Source: an uncultured Acidobacteriota bacterium (GTDB lineage: Bacteria > Acidobacteriota > Thermoanaerobaculia > Multivoradales > UBA5704). Taken from it: DNA of 64,000 nt. The translations under genes and the position numbers were made by a program. Position 1 is the first letter of the stretch. Every line of letters starts with the position of its first letter. Positions 8,635 through 25,063 of this stretch are shown here, piece after piece. Below the pieces are notes generated by a model. The model was not told where the DNA came from and made no database searches. It saw only the letters and a program-made list of their open reading frames with translations. The stretch spans positions 5,568,001 to 5,632,000 of the forward strand of contig CAVYRF010000002.1 of the NCBI GenBank assembly GCA_963770895.1, given 5' to 3'.

Positions 8635-9009
8635 ATGAACGCACAAGCTGCAGACGACCGGCGCCTGGCGAAGCTCACGCGGATCTGTCTGGCGCTGCCC
8701 GAAGCGGGGCGTGAGCCTTACGGGCAGACCCATTCCCGGTTTCGGGTACGCGACAAGACGTTCGCGTATTTTTTCGACAACTACCACGGCGACGGCAAGG
8801 TGGCGCTGGCGTGCAAGGTGGCGACCGGCGACAACGCCGACATGGCGGCCGCCGACCCCGCCCGCTTTTACATCCCGGCCTACCTGGGGGCCAACGGTTG
8901 GGTGGCGCTGCGGCTGGACGTGGGCGCCATCGACTGGGAGCTGGTGGCGGAGCTGGTTGCCGACAGCTACCGCCTGATCGCTCCCAAGCGCCTGACCGCC
9001 CAGCTATAG
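8635..9009 (+). CDS. MmcQ/YjbR family protein
   Basis: ICLALPEA..FRVRDKTFAY..HGDGKVAL..RFYIPAYLGANGWVALRLD..DWELVAELVADSYRLIAPKRL; GGAGGAG RBS. Confidence 0.88.
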   Translation: MNAQAADDRRLAKLTRICLALPEAGREPYGQTHSRFRVRDKTFAYFFDNYHGDGKVALACKVATGDNADMAAADPARFYIPAYLGANGWVALRLDVGAIDWELVAELVADSYRLIAPKRLTAQL

Positions 9010-9101
9010 TGCCCCGCACTAGGAGCGGTAAGCCGGCGGGAATAACCGCGGCGCCGGCGGCGGTTGTGAGCGGTCGCAGGCAACGCGATCGGAGGCGACC
9101 A

Positions 9102-10001
9102 ATGTCAATTCGTGCGGTCAAGCAGATTTCGCAGGCGGTTCCCACGCTCGAGGGCGCGGGGGTGCACTTGCAGCGGGCTTTCGGGTTCGATCATACGGAT
9201 GAGTTCGATCCCTTTCTGTTGCTGGACGACTTTCGCAACGACCGGCCCCAGGACTATTTGAAAGGTTTTCCCTGGCATCCGCACCGCGGCATCGAAACCA
9301 TCACCTACGTGCTGTCGGGCACCGTCGAGCACGGCGACAGCCTGGGCAACCGCGGGGCGCTGGGTGCCGGCGACGTGCAGTGGATGACCGCCGGCAGCGG
9401 CATCATCCACCAGGAGATGCCCAAGGGGGACCGCGACGGCCGCATGCACGGCTTTCAGCTGTGGGCCAACCTCCCTTCGACGCTCAAGATGACCGCGCCG
9501 CGCTACCAGGACGTGCGCGGCGCCGACATTCCCGAGGTCACCGACGACGACGGCACCACGGCGCGCGTCATCTGCGGCAGCTTCTGGGGCGTCTCGGGAC
9601 CGGTCGACGGCATCGCCGCCGAGCCCAGCTACCTGGACGTGTGGGTACCGCCGAACACGCGCAAGAGCCTGCCGGTCGAAACGTCGCGCCATGCCTTCGC
9701 CTACGTGTTTGCCGGCTCGGGCACCTTCGCCAACGCCTCGGCGCCCCGCACGGTGCGCACCGACACCGTGGCAGATGCCGCTCCGGTCGCGGCCGACCTG
9801 GCGCAAAACCGCACGCTGGTGGTCTTCGACCGCGGCGACGAGGTGACGGTCGACGCGGGCGAACAGGGCATCCGCTTCCTGCTGGTTTCGGGCAAGCCCT
9901 TGCAGGAGCCGGTCGCCTGGCAGGGCCCCATCGTCATGAACACCGAAGCCCAGCTGCGGCAGGCCTACGCCGAGCTGCGCTCCGGCACCTTTCTGCGCTG
10001 A
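9102..10001 (+). CDS. Pirin family protein
   Basis: EGAGV, DPFLLLD, GFPWHPHRGIETITY, QWMTAGSGIIHQEMP and GPIVMNT motifs. Confidence 0.93.
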   Translation: MSIRAVKQISQAVPTLEGAGVHLQRAFGFDHTDEFDPFLLLDDFRNDRPQDYLKGFPWHPHRGIETITYVLSGTVEHGDSLGNRGALGAGDVQWMTAGSGIIHQEMPKGDRDGRMHGFQLWANLPSTLKMTAPRYQDVRGADIPEVTDDDGTTARVICGSFWGVSGPVDGIAAEPSYLDVWVPPNTRKSLPVETSRHAFAYVFAGSGTFANASAPRTVRTDTVADAAPVAADLAQNRTLVVFDRGDEVTVDAGEQGIRFLLVSGKPLQEPVAWQGPIVMNTEAQLRQAYAELRSGTFLR

Positions 10002-10082
10002 CGATCCCCAGGACCCTGGGCGCTGGCGATCCGCCTGCCGCCCGCCCGGCCGCGCCCTCCGCGGCGGCCGGGCGCGCCCGCC

Positions 10083-12554
10083 TCAGGTGCCGCGCAAGGT
10101 GATGGCGGGGTCGATGGAGGCGGCGCGCCGGGCGGGTACGAAAGCGGCCAGCAGCGAGACGGCAAAGAGGGCGCCCGCACCCACTGCGTAGACCAGGGGA
10201 TCGTGGCTGGCGACGCCAAACAGCAGCGCCTGGATGGCGCGGCCCAGGACGAGAGAGATGACGATGCCGGCGCCGATACCCAGGCTGGTCAGGCCCAGGG
10301 CCCCGGCAAAGATGAGGCCCAGCACCTGGCCGCGGCGGGCCCCCAGCGCCATGCGGACGCCGATCTCGCCGGTGCGCTGTTCGACGGCGTAGGACACGAC
10401 GCCGTAGATGCCCAGGCTGGCCAGGATCAGCGCCAACAGGGCCAGGCCGCCGATCAGCAGCATCTGGAAGCGGCGGGCTGCGAGCGATTCGTCGACCATG
10501 TTGGCCAGCAGGTCCAGGCCGGCGATCGGCTGGCGCGGGTCGATCGTCAGCACCTGGCGGCGCAGGGCGGACGCCAGGCCGAGCGGGTCGCCGGCGGTGC
10601 GCACCACCAGCGTATAGGCGGCCAGGGTGGACTGGCGGTAGGGGACGTAGGTGTCGTTGGTCGGCTTTTCGTCGAGCGACATCAGGTGGACGTTGCCGAC
10701 CACGCCGACGACGGTCAGCCAGGGCCCGTTGTCGTTCCAGCGCAGGCGCTTGCCGATCGGGTCCTGGTGCGGCCAGACGGCGTCGACCAGGATTTGATTG
10801 ACGATCACCACGCGGGCGCTGGTGCGGTTGTCGTGCTCGTCAAAGGGACGCCCGCGCAGCACCGGGATGCGCAGGGTGCGGAAGTAGTCGGGGCTCGCGA
10901 CGCGCTTTTCGGCGACCACGTCGTGCCCCGGCTCCGGCTTGGGCTGGCCCTCGATGTAGATGGAGCCGTTGGTGCTGCTGAGACCGAACGGCACCGCGTC
11001 GATGGTGGCGGCGGCGGCCACGCCGGGGAGCGCCCTCACCCTTTGCAGCAGCTGGTCGGTGAAGCCGGTGATCGCCGCGTCGGAGGCATAGCGATTGCCG
11101 GGCAGCAGGATGTCGCCGCTGAGGACGCCCGCCGGCAGGAAGCCCGGATCGGTCGCCAGCAGGTTGGCAAAGCTGCGGATCATCAGACCGGCGCCGATCA
11201 GCAGGCTGAGCGCCAGGGCCGTCTCGGCGACCACCAGGGCACGCCGCAGCGGCTGGCCGCCGGCGTCGCCGCCGCGGCCGCCCCGCTGCAGCACCGCGCC
11301 GGGGTCGACGCGCGTCGAGCGCCACGCCGGCCCGATGCCCGCCAGCAGGCCTGCCACGAGCGCGGTGCCGAGCGTGAACAGCAGCACTCCCGCGTCGATC
11401 CTCACCTCGGTGATGCGCGGCAGGTCCTGCGGCGCGCCGACCCTCAGCAGGTGGACCCCGACGGCGGCGAGCAGCAACCCCAGGGCGCCGCCCAGCACGC
11501 CCAGCAGCAACGTTTCGGTGAGCGCCTGGCGGATCAGCCGCCCCCGCCCGGCGCCGAGCGAAACCCGCGTCGCCATCTCCCGCTGGCGCCCGGCGCCGCG
11601 GGCCAGCAGCAGGTTTGCCAGGTTGGCGCAGGCGATCAACAGGATCAGCCCGACGGCGCCGAGCAGCATCCACAGCGCCGCTCCGGTGTCGCGCACCACC
11701 CAGGCGCGCAGCGGCTGGAGATTCGCCTTGGTGTCCTTGGCGTCCTGCGGGTACGCCTCGGACAGGCGGCGCGACAGGGTGCGCATCTCGGCGTTGGCCT
11801 GCTCGAGCGAGACTCCCTGACGCACCCGCGCGTAGCCGCGGACGTAGTGGAGGCCGCGGTCGGCCAGCGCGGCACCCGTCAGGTCGCCGCGCGGCATGGG
11901 GGCGGCAAAGGCCGAGCCGACCCAGATGTCGCCGCGCGCCACCAGGCTGAAAGTCGCGGCCATGACGCCGACGATGGTGCAGGGATGGTCGTCCAGGTCG
12001 ACGACGCTGCCGACGACGCCCGGGTCGGCGCCGAACTGCTCCCGCCAGGCGTGGTAGCTGAGCACCGCGGCGGCCGGCGCGCCGGGCCGGTCGATGGCCG
12101 GGTCGAGCGTGCGCCCCACCATCGCCGGCAGGCCGAAGACGGCGAAGAAGTTGGGGGTCACCTGCATGCCGCGCAGCCAGGTCGGATCGACGCCGCGCCG
12201 GGTCAGCACGAAGGTGCTGCCGGAGGTCCCGGCGAGGTTTTCCAGCGTCTGGCTCTGGCGCCGGTAGTCGACCAGGTTGGGCGCCGAGAGCGGGCAGAAG
12301 TGGCAGCTCGGCGGCCGCTCTTCGCCCATCACCACCACCTCGCCGCCGGGCCGGTAGGGGAGCTGGCGCAGCACCACCGCGTCCACGACGCTGAAGATGG
12401 CGGTGTTGGCGCCGATTCCCAGCCCCAGCGTGGCGACGGCGATGGCGGTGAAGCCCGGGTTCTTGCGCACCAGCCGCCAGGCGAGGCGCAAATCGGCGCG
12501 GGTGCTTTCCAGCCAGGCCGGCAGACCGGCCGCGGATCGATCCTGGATGCTCAT
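10083..12554 (-). CDS. ADOP-type duplicated MacB/FtsX ABC permease
   Basis: [61 protein letters not shown] and [22 protein letters not shown]. There is no ATPase domain. Confidence 0.9.
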   Translation of the reverse strand: MSIQDRSAAGLPAWLESTRADLRLAWRLVRKNPGFTAIAVATLGLGIGANTAIFSVVDAVVLRQLPYRPGGEVVVMGEERPPSCHFCPLSAPNLVDYRRQSQTLENLAGTSGSTFVLTRRGVDPTWLRGMQVTPNFFAVFGLPAMVGRTLDPAIDRPGAPAAAVLSYHAWREQFGADPGVVGSVVDLDDHPCTIVGVMAATFSLVARGDIWVGSAFAAPMPRGDLTGAALADRGLHYVRGYARVRQGVSLEQANAEMRTLSRRLSEAYPQDAKDTKANLQPLRAWVVRDTGAALWMLLGAVGLILLIACANLANLLLARGAGRQREMATRVSLGAGRGRLIRQALTETLLLGVLGGALGLLLAAVGVHLLRVGAPQDLPRITEVRIDAGVLLFTLGTALVAGLLAGIGPAWRSTRVDPGAVLQRGGRGGDAGGQPLRRALVVAETALALSLLIGAGLMIRSFANLLATDPGFLPAGVLSGDILLPGNRYASDAAITGFTDQLLQRVRALPGVAAAATIDAVPFGLSSTNGSIYIEGQPKPEPGHDVVAEKRVASPDYFRTLRIPVLRGRPFDEHDNRTSARVVIVNQILVDAVWPHQDPIGKRLRWNDNGPWLTVVGVVGNVHLMSLDEKPTNDTYVPYRQSTLAAYTLVVRTAGDPLGLASALRRQVLTIDPRQPIAGLDLLANMVDESLAARRFQMLLIGGLALLALILASLGIYGVVSYAVEQRTGEIGVRMALGARRGQVLGLIFAGALGLTSLGIGAGIVISLVLGRAIQALLFGVASHDPLVYAVGAGALFAVSLLAAFVPARRAASIDPAITLRGT

Positions 12555-12672
12555 CGGTCGCCTCTCCTTGCGCTCGCTTCCCGCCGGACCATTACGGTGT
12601 GCACCACGCGCGGGTTGCATCTATAGTTTGTGCCTTGCCGTGGCGACATTGAGGATTTGCCCTGGGGGAGCG

Positions 12673-14013
12673 ATGGTGATCGGCGACGGCGGTGAGCAGC
12701 CGGCGGCCGGCGGCGAGCGGCCGCGCGTGCTGCTCTACTCCCATGACGGGTTCGGATTGGGCCATGTGCAGCGCAATTTCAACATCGCCTGCGCGCTGGA
12801 GCAAGCGGTCGAGGGCACGACGGCGCTGCTGGTTGGCGGCTCGCCGCACGGCTTCGATTGCCGCCTGCCGCCAGGGATCGATTGGATCAAGCTGCCGTCG
12901 GTGGTCAAGCACGGCGCCGGCGATTGGCGGGCGCGCACCCTGCGCCTGGGGCAGAGCCAGCTGGGCCGCCTGCGCGCGGCCAGCATCGCCGCGGCGGTGG
13001 AGCAGTTCCAGCCGCACCTGATCGTCGTCGATCACCTGCCGACCGGCGTCTGGGGCGAGCTGCTGCCGACGCTCGCCCGATGCCGGCGCCAGCCGCGGCC
13101 GCCGGCGGTGGTGCTGGGGCTGCGCGACATCCTGGATCGGCCGGAGGCGACGCGCGCCCTGTGGTTGCAGGGCGGCGCCTATCCTGCCATCGAGACCCTG
13201 TACGACCGTGTGCTGGTCTACGGCGACCCGGCGATCTTCGCCACTGCCGAGGCGTATGGGCTCGCGCATTGCGTGCCGGACAAGCTGGTTTATTGCGGCT
13301 ACGTCGGGCCCGCGGCGGGCTCCGCGGCGGGTCGCACTGCGCAGCGCCGCATGCGCGCCGAGCTGGCGCTGCGGCCGCACGAAAAGCTGGTCATCGCGAG
13401 CGGCGGCGGCGGCGCCGACGCCTATCCGCTGCTGGCGGCCTGCGCCGGCGCCGTGCAGCGGCTGGCCCACCAGCTGCCCCTGCGGTGCATCCTGCTCAGC
13501 GGTCCGTTGATGCCCGAGCGCCAGCGCCGGCAGCTGCGTCGCCAGGTGGCGGGCCTGCCGCTGGAGGTCTGGTGGCAGGTCGACAACCTGGCGGGGCTGC
13601 TCGGCGCCGCCGACCTGGTGGTGGCGATGGCCGGCTACAACACGCTGGTCGAAGCGCTGCTGGCCCGCCGGCCGTTGGTGGTCGTGCCGCGTTCCGGCCC
13701 CAGCGCCGAGCAGTCGCTGCGCGCCCAGGCCTTTGCCCGCCGCGGCCTGCTCGACGTCGTGCCCCCCGAGCAGCTGTCGCCGGTGCACCTGGCGGCGGCG
13801 ATCGAGCGCGGCCTGGGGGCGCCGGCCGCGCTGCCGCCGCGCACGGAGGTGCCGCGCCTGGGCGGCATGCGGCGGGTGGTGGAGGAGCTGGCGGCGCTTC
13901 TGGAGGAGCGGGTGCCGGGAGGCATCCGGCGCCGCCGCACCGCCGCGGCGCAGCGGCGCGACCGCGATCGCGACCGCAGCCACGCTCAGGGCGAAAAGCC
14001 CAGGCTGGCGTAG
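12673..14013 (+). CDS. GT-B fold glycosyltransferase (COG4671-like)
   Basis: LLYSHDGFGLGH, LGLRDILD, SGGGGAD and VAMAGYNT..VVPR..EQ motifs. Confidence 0.85.
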   Translation: MVIGDGGEQPAAGGERPRVLLYSHDGFGLGHVQRNFNIACALEQAVEGTTALLVGGSPHGFDCRLPPGIDWIKLPSVVKHGAGDWRARTLRLGQSQLGRLRAASIAAAVEQFQPHLIVVDHLPTGVWGELLPTLARCRRQPRPPAVVLGLRDILDRPEATRALWLQGGAYPAIETLYDRVLVYGDPAIFATAEAYGLAHCVPDKLVYCGYVGPAAGSAAGRTAQRRMRAELALRPHEKLVIASGGGGADAYPLLAACAGAVQRLAHQLPLRCILLSGPLMPERQRRQLRRQVAGLPLEVWWQVDNLAGLLGAADLVVAMAGYNTLVEALLARRPLVVVPRSGPSAEQSLRAQAFARRGLLDVVPPEQLSPVHLAAAIERGLGAPAALPPRTEVPRLGGMRRVVEELAALLEERVPGGIRRRRTAAAQRRDRDRDRSHAQGEKPRLA

Positions 14014-15248
14014 GTCTCGGCCAGCGCCGCGATCAGTCCGGCGCGCGAAAACCGCGCTTCATAGATGGCCCGCGCCCGCGCCGCCAGCCGCCGGCGCAGC
14101 GCCGCGTCGCCGAGCAGCAAGGTCAGCGCCCGCCCCAGCGCCGCGGCGTCGCCGGGCGGCACCAGCAGCGCATCCTCGCCGTGCACCAGGTCTTCAGGGA
14201 TGCCGTCGCAGGCGGAGGCGATGACCGCGCAGCCCGCCTGCAGCGCTTCGAGCAGCGCCACCGACCCGCTCCCTTCCTCATGCGACGGCAGCACGAAAAT
14301 GTCCGCCTGGCACAGGTAGGCGAGCGGATCGTCCACCCGGCCGGCGAGCACCGTCGAAGCCCCCAGCCCGAGCTGCGCCGCGAGGTCGCGATGCCGTTCG
14401 AGCAGCGTCCCTGGACCGACAAGGCAGGCGCGAAACGGCACGCCGGCGCCCTGCAGTTGGCCCAGACAGCGCAGCAGCCCGTCGAGCCCCTTGCGCGGGT
14501 CGTGGCGCGCGACCGTCATCACCAGCGGCGCCGCGGCCGGTGCAAGCGCGGCCAATGCCGCGGGCGGCGGGCTTTCCGCGTCGGGCCGGAAGGCCGCGAC
14601 CGAGGCGTAGGGCAGCCGCCGGATCTCGACCGAGAGCCCTTCGGCTTCCATCAGCAGCCGCCGCACCGACTCGTAGTTGACCAGCACCAGGCGCGACCCG
14701 GCATAGCCGCGCCGTTCGCAGCGCCCGGCCAGGCCGCGGATCCATAGATACTCCGCCCGGTAGCGCAGGTGCTTCCAGAGACGCTCCGTCCGGGCCCGTC
14801 CGTGCGTGCCGGCGCCGCCGCTTCCCGCCGCCAGGCCGGCCAGCTTCCCCCGCCAGTCGTGCGCCAGCGTCGCATAGGCGCTCGCCACCGGCACCGCCGC
14901 CATGCCGCGCCGGCCGAGCGCCCGGCATGCCTTGACGCCGACGTAGCTCCACGGCCCGAAGCCGTGCACCAGGTGGCGGCCGCTCGCGCCGCGCAGCAGA
15001 CGCAGGACCGCCGCCACCAGAAACGGGCTATGCGCCACCATGGTCGGATGACGCCGCGACGGCACCGGCGACGCGACCCGATGCACCACCCCATACTCCG
15101 TCTCCACCCGCCCCGCCCGCGGCGCGACACAAAAGATCTGCGGCGCATACCCGGCCGCCACCGCCGCCAACCCATGCGCCACCACGTACGACGAATGCCC
15201 ACCCACCGCCGTCGAAGGGTCGCGCCCCGCCATGAAGATCAAGGCCAT
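13986..15248 (-). CDS. Glycosyltransferase family 4
   Basis: VARHDPRKG and ADIFVLPSHEEGSGSVALLEALQAG..GIPEDL motifs. It converges on and overlaps the previous gene. Confidence 0.88.
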   Translation of the reverse strand: MALIFMAGRDPSTAVGGHSSYVVAHGLAAVAAGYAPQIFCVAPRAGRVETEYGVVHRVASPVPSRRHPTMVAHSPFLVAAVLRLLRGASGRHLVHGFGPWSYVGVKACRALGRRGMAAVPVASAYATLAHDWRGKLAGLAAGSGGAGTHGRARTERLWKHLRYRAEYLWIRGLAGRCERRGYAGSRLVLVNYESVRRLLMEAEGLSVEIRRLPYASVAAFRPDAESPPPAALAALAPAAAPLVMTVARHDPRKGLDGLLRCLGQLQGAGVPFRACLVGPGTLLERHRDLAAQLGLGASTVLAGRVDDPLAYLCQADIFVLPSHEEGSGSVALLEALQAGCAVIASACDGIPEDLVHGEDALLVPPGDAAALGRALTLLLGDAALRRRLAARARAIYEARFSRAGLIAALAETYASLGFSP

Positions 15249-15297
15249 GCCGGCTCTGCTCTGGACGCACCTGTCGGCTGCCGCGCGGCGGCGGGCG

Positions 15298-17823
15298 CTA
15301 CTTGAGGTGGAGGGCGGCGCGGCGGGCGCCTGGGGCGGCGGCGGCCGGCAGGGCCATGCGTATGGCGGGCGGCGGGGCCGGGGTGGCGTCGGATGGGGAT
15401 GCTGGGGATGCTGGCGCCGCCGGCGCCATCGGCGCGGACTGGGTGGGGATGGACGGTGGCGGCGACGCCTGCGGTCCTTGTTGGGGGGGTGCGGCGGGTT
15501 CGCCGGCTCCGCCGCCGGCGGCTGGCGGTGCGTGGGCGGCGACGATCTCGCGCACGGCCGCCAGAAGCTCCGCGGGCTCGACGGGCTTGGTGACGTAGCG
15601 CTCGAAGCCGGCGGCCAGGGCGCGCTGCTGATCGCCGCCGCGGACGTGGGCGCTGACCGCGATGGCCGGCACGGCGCCGCCGCGATCGCGGCCCCGCCGC
15701 CGCAGCTGGCGCAGCAGGGCGTAGCCGTCGCCGCCGGGCATGGCGATGTCGCTGAGCAGGACGTCGGGCTGGAAGCCGTCGAACTGCGCCAGGGCGTCGG
15801 TGAGCGAGGCTGCCCTGGCGGTGGTGGCGCCGGCGGTGGTCAGGATCTCGCTGAGGATCTCGCGGGCGTCCGGCTCGTCGTCCACCACCAGGACCTTGAC
15901 CCCGGCCAGCAGGTCGGGGCGCGGCAGCGCGGCCGGCTCCGGCGATCCTGCCGCCGCCGGCGCAGCTCCCGCCGGCCCCGCCGCAGCCGCCCGCGCCGGC
16001 TGGGCGGGCGACCCTGCCGCGGCGGGCGCGGCGGACGCATCGGTGGGGCGCGCCAGGGGCTCGGAAGGCTCGACGAACGCCGGCAGGGTGACGGTGAAGG
16101 TGGCGCCCAGGCCGGGGCCGGGGCTGCTGGCTTCGACGCGGCCGCCGTGCAGCTCGACGATGTGCTGGACGATGGCGAGGCCCACCCCCAGGCCGCCCTG
16201 GTCGCGGATGTCGCTGCTGTCGTCCTGGCGGAAGCGGTCGAAGACGTGGCGCAGGAACTGCGGGCTGATCCCCTTGCCGTCGTCGCGGACGGTGACATGG
16301 AAGGACTGCTCCCGGCGGCTCACCGACACTTCGATGTGGCCGCCGGTGGGGGTGAACTTGATGGCGTTCGAGAGCAGGTTGAGAGCCACCTGCTGCAGGC
16401 GGTCGGTGTCGCCGGCGATGGCCGACTGCGCGTCGACGCCGGGGTCGATGCGCACGCCGAGCGCCAGGCGCTTGGCGTCGGCCGACGGGCGCATGCCTTC
16501 GATGGCGGCTTCCACGGTGGCGAGCAGCGGGATCGGCAGCAGGTTGACGCGCAGCTTGCCGGCGTAGATGCGCGACACGTCGAGCAGGTCTTCGATCAGC
16601 TTGGTCTGGGCCAGCACGTTGCGCTCGATGACCGTCAGTCCGTGCTCCAGGCGCGCCGCGTCGGGCGGCGCGGCGCGCAGGATGCGCGTCCAGCCGACGA
16701 TGGCGGTCAGCGGCGTGCGCAGCTCGTGCGACAGGGTGGTGAGGAATTCGTCCTTCAGCCGGTTTGCCTCGCGCGCTTCGAGCGACAGCAGGTTTTCGAT
16801 GGCGATCGAGCCGATCTGCGCGACCTGCGTCAGGATGGCGCTGTCGTCGTCGCCGAACTCGCCTTCGGTGCGCCCCGCCAGGTGGACCCAGCCGACGTTG
16901 CGCCCATCGCGGCTGGTCAGCGGCGTCGCCAGCCAGCCCGACGTCTCCGCTCCGCAGCCGTCCATCAGCAGCCGCCAGCGCGGGTCGCCGGCGATCTCGC
17001 GCGGGGTGAGCAGCACCGGCCGCGACGTGTCGCCGATGCCGGCGGTGACCGCGCTGCCCTGCGCCGTCAGCACGGCGTATGCGTCGTCCTCGGGTGCCGC
17101 CAGCCCCAGCCCCGGCCCCGCCCCATCGGTGCCGGCCGCCGCCGTCGCGGTCGCGGCGGCGGTCACCGCGGCGCCGGGCGGCGCGGCGTACGGCGCCGGC
17201 GCGGTGGCCAGCGGCCGGTGCACCACCGTGTCGCCGCGCCCGAGGGTGGTGATGGTCGTGGCGCAGCGCGCGCCGACCAGGTCGCGCGCCGTTTCGGTGA
17301 CCACCTCCAGAATCGTTTCCAGGGTGTTGGCCGAGTTGATCGCCAGGGAGGCCGCCGCCAGCTTCGCCAGCTGGTCGGCGCGGCGGCGCAGCGATTCGGC
17401 CTGGCGGCGGATCTGCTGCGCCTTGCGGAACAGGTCGACGAACACCGCCACCTTGGAGCGCAGCACTTCCGGCACGACCGGCGATACGATGTAGTCCACC
17501 GCGCCCAGCGAATAGCCGCGCGAGATGTGGACTTCGTCGCTGAACGCGGTGATGAAGATGATCGGCGTGCGCTCGGAGCTCTTGCGCTGCCGCACCAGCG
17601 AGGCGGTTTCGAACCCGTCCATGATCGGCATGTTGACGTCGAGCAGGATGACGGCGAACTCCTGCGCCAGCAGGCAGCGCAGGGCCTCCCGCCCGGAGCC
17701 GGCGGTGACCACCCCCTGTCCCGGCTCGGTCAGGATCGACTGGAGGGTGAGGCGGTTCTCGGCGCTGTCATCGACGACCAGGATGTCCACCGGGTCGCCA
17801 TGCGGCATGACCAGCTCTGTCAT
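15298..17823 (-). CDS. Hybrid sensor kinase: REC-GAF-like-HisKA-HATPase-REC
   Basis: ILVVDD..ILLDVNMP; EFLTTLSHELRTPL; NLLSNAIKFT; DDGKGI; VLVVDD..LLSDIAMP. The start is 17823 (good RBS) or the GTG at 17913. Confidence 0.9.
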   Translation of the reverse strand: MTELVMPHGDPVDILVVDDSAENRLTLQSILTEPGQGVVTAGSGREALRCLLAQEFAVILLDVNMPIMDGFETASLVRQRKSSERTPIIFITAFSDEVHISRGYSLGAVDYIVSPVVPEVLRSKVAVFVDLFRKAQQIRRQAESLRRRADQLAKLAAASLAINSANTLETILEVVTETARDLVGARCATTITTLGRGDTVVHRPLATAPAPYAAPPGAAVTAAATATAAAGTDGAGPGLGLAAPEDDAYAVLTAQGSAVTAGIGDTSRPVLLTPREIAGDPRWRLLMDGCGAETSGWLATPLTSRDGRNVGWVHLAGRTEGEFGDDDSAILTQVAQIGSIAIENLLSLEAREANRLKDEFLTTLSHELRTPLTAIVGWTRILRAAPPDAARLEHGLTVIERNVLAQTKLIEDLLDVSRIYAGKLRVNLLPIPLLATVEAAIEGMRPSADAKRLALGVRIDPGVDAQSAIAGDTDRLQQVALNLLSNAIKFTPTGGHIEVSVSRREQSFHVTVRDDGKGISPQFLRHVFDRFRQDDSSDIRDQGGLGVGLAIVQHIVELHGGRVEASSPGPGLGATFTVTLPAFVEPSEPLARPTDASAAPAAAGSPAQPARAAAAGPAGAAPAAAGSPEPAALPRPDLLAGVKVLVVDDEPDAREILSEILTTAGATTARAASLTDALAQFDGFQPDVLLSDIAMPGGDGYALLRQLRRRGRDRGGAVPAIAVSAHVRGGDQQRALAAGFERYVTKPVEPAELLAAVREIVAAHAPPAAGGGAGEPAAPPQQGPQASPPPSIPTQSAPMAPAAPASPASPSDATPAPPPAIRMALPAAAAPGARRAALHLK

Positions 17824-17916
17824 CTCCCGTCTTCCTCCCGCACCGGTCCCGGCCGCGTGGCCGGCGCCTCCGCCCGCGGGCGGAGGCCCTTCCTTCACTG
17901 CCGTGGTTGCCACAGA

Positions 17917-23766
<5,850 letters not shown>

Positions 23767-24008
23767 TCAGCTCCTCTTCGGCGAACCTGGTAAGAAATGC
23801 CAAATGTGCCTGCCCGCCTTGGCAGTTTCGCCAAGGCGGGGATGTCCGTCGGCCAGACTCAAGGGGTGCGCGCACCGGCGCGCGCCACGGTGACGATCCT
23901 ACGCTGCCCTGAGGGCCTGATCTCCTGGTTCAAGCATGAGAAACGACCGTGGGCAACTGCAAAAACTTTGCCTGGAGAGGTGTGGTTCCCGCCCGCGGGC
24001 TTCCGGCC

Positions 24009-24157
24009 GGGAAGGAGGGGGAGGAAGCGGTTGAAGAAGGGGGAAGGGGAGGGGGGGAGGGAAGGAGGAAGTGAGGGCGGGAGGGGAGAGGTGGAAGGGG
24101 GGCAGGTGGGGACCGGGAGGGGAGGGGACGGGGGAGGCGGGAGGGAGGCGAGAAGGG
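24009..24157. other. Polypurine/G-run tract in the intergenic region
   Basis: About 150 nt almost entirely G/A on the plus strand, with many GGG+ runs. Confidence 0.7.
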
Positions 24158-24177
24158 CGCCGCGGCGGATAGGGACC

Positions 24178-24954
24178 TTACTTGGTCAGGCGCGCCACCA
24201 GCGCGCGCAGGGCTGCCTGCGCTTCGGGATGGAACCAGGCGTCCACCACCTGGTCGATCTCGTCGCTCCCCTTGGTTTCAGCATTGGCGCCGGCCACGGT
24301 GGGAGCGATCAGCGCGATCAGGTCGGCGCGGGCGTCGCGCCGCGTGCTGCTCATGGCGAAGGGCGGCAGGGCCAGCTGTTCTTCGCACCAGGCGACGGCG
24401 CGGTCCACCACCTGGTCGGCCGGCACCACCTGGTCCACCAGGCCGGCGGCGAGCGCTTCGGCGGGCGCGAGCAGCAGGCCGCCCACCGCCAGCCGCGACG
24501 CCTGCGCGGGCCCCACCAGGTGGCGCAGCACGCGATGCACCGTCGGCGGCAGGTGCAGGCCGATGCGCACCTCGTTGAGGCCGATCTTGAACGGCCCGTC
24601 CGCCGCGAAACGCCGGTCCGCACACAGCGCGATGACGGTGCCGCCGGCCGGCGCGTGGCCGGTGATCGCCGCCGCGATGGGGATGGGCGACGCGGCCAGG
24701 GTGTAAAGCAGGCCGAAGAGCCCGCGCCAGGCGTCGGCGATCGCCGCGCGGTCCAGAGGCAGCAGCTCCGGCACGTCCAGGCCGCCCGAAAACATCCCCG
24801 GCGCGCCGGCGATGACCACCGCCCGCGCTCCCGCCTCCGGCGCCGCCGCCACCGCCTGGTCCAGCGCCGCCACCAGCCCGCGGCTGAGCGCGTTGGCCGG
24901 CGGCCGCGCCAGCCGCAGCTGGCGCACGGCGCCGTGATCGACAATTTCGATCAT
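24178..24954 (-). CDS. Enoyl-CoA hydratase/isomerase family protein (delta3-delta2 isomerase-like)
   Basis: RPPANAL, FSGGLD, AAITGHAPAGG, IGLNEVRIG and EALAAGLVD motifs. Confidence 0.9.
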   Translation of the reverse strand: MIEIVDHGAVRQLRLARPPANALSRGLVAALDQAVAAAPEAGARAVVIAGAPGMFSGGLDVPELLPLDRAAIADAWRGLFGLLYTLAASPIPIAAAITGHAPAGGTVIALCADRRFAADGPFKIGLNEVRIGLHLPPTVHRVLRHLVGPAQASRLAVGGLLLAPAEALAAGLVDQVVPADQVVDRAVAWCEEQLALPPFAMSSTRRDARADLIALIAPTVAGANAETKGSDEIDQVVDAWFHPEAQAALRALVARLTK

Positions 24955-25063
24955 CGGCCTGGGCGCTCAGCCGTGCGGCGCGCAGTGGGCGGTCGCAAAG
25001 TTCATCGTCAGAGTATAGAGGAATCGATTCTGGTGGGCGGGGCCGCGCACCGGCGCCGCGGCT

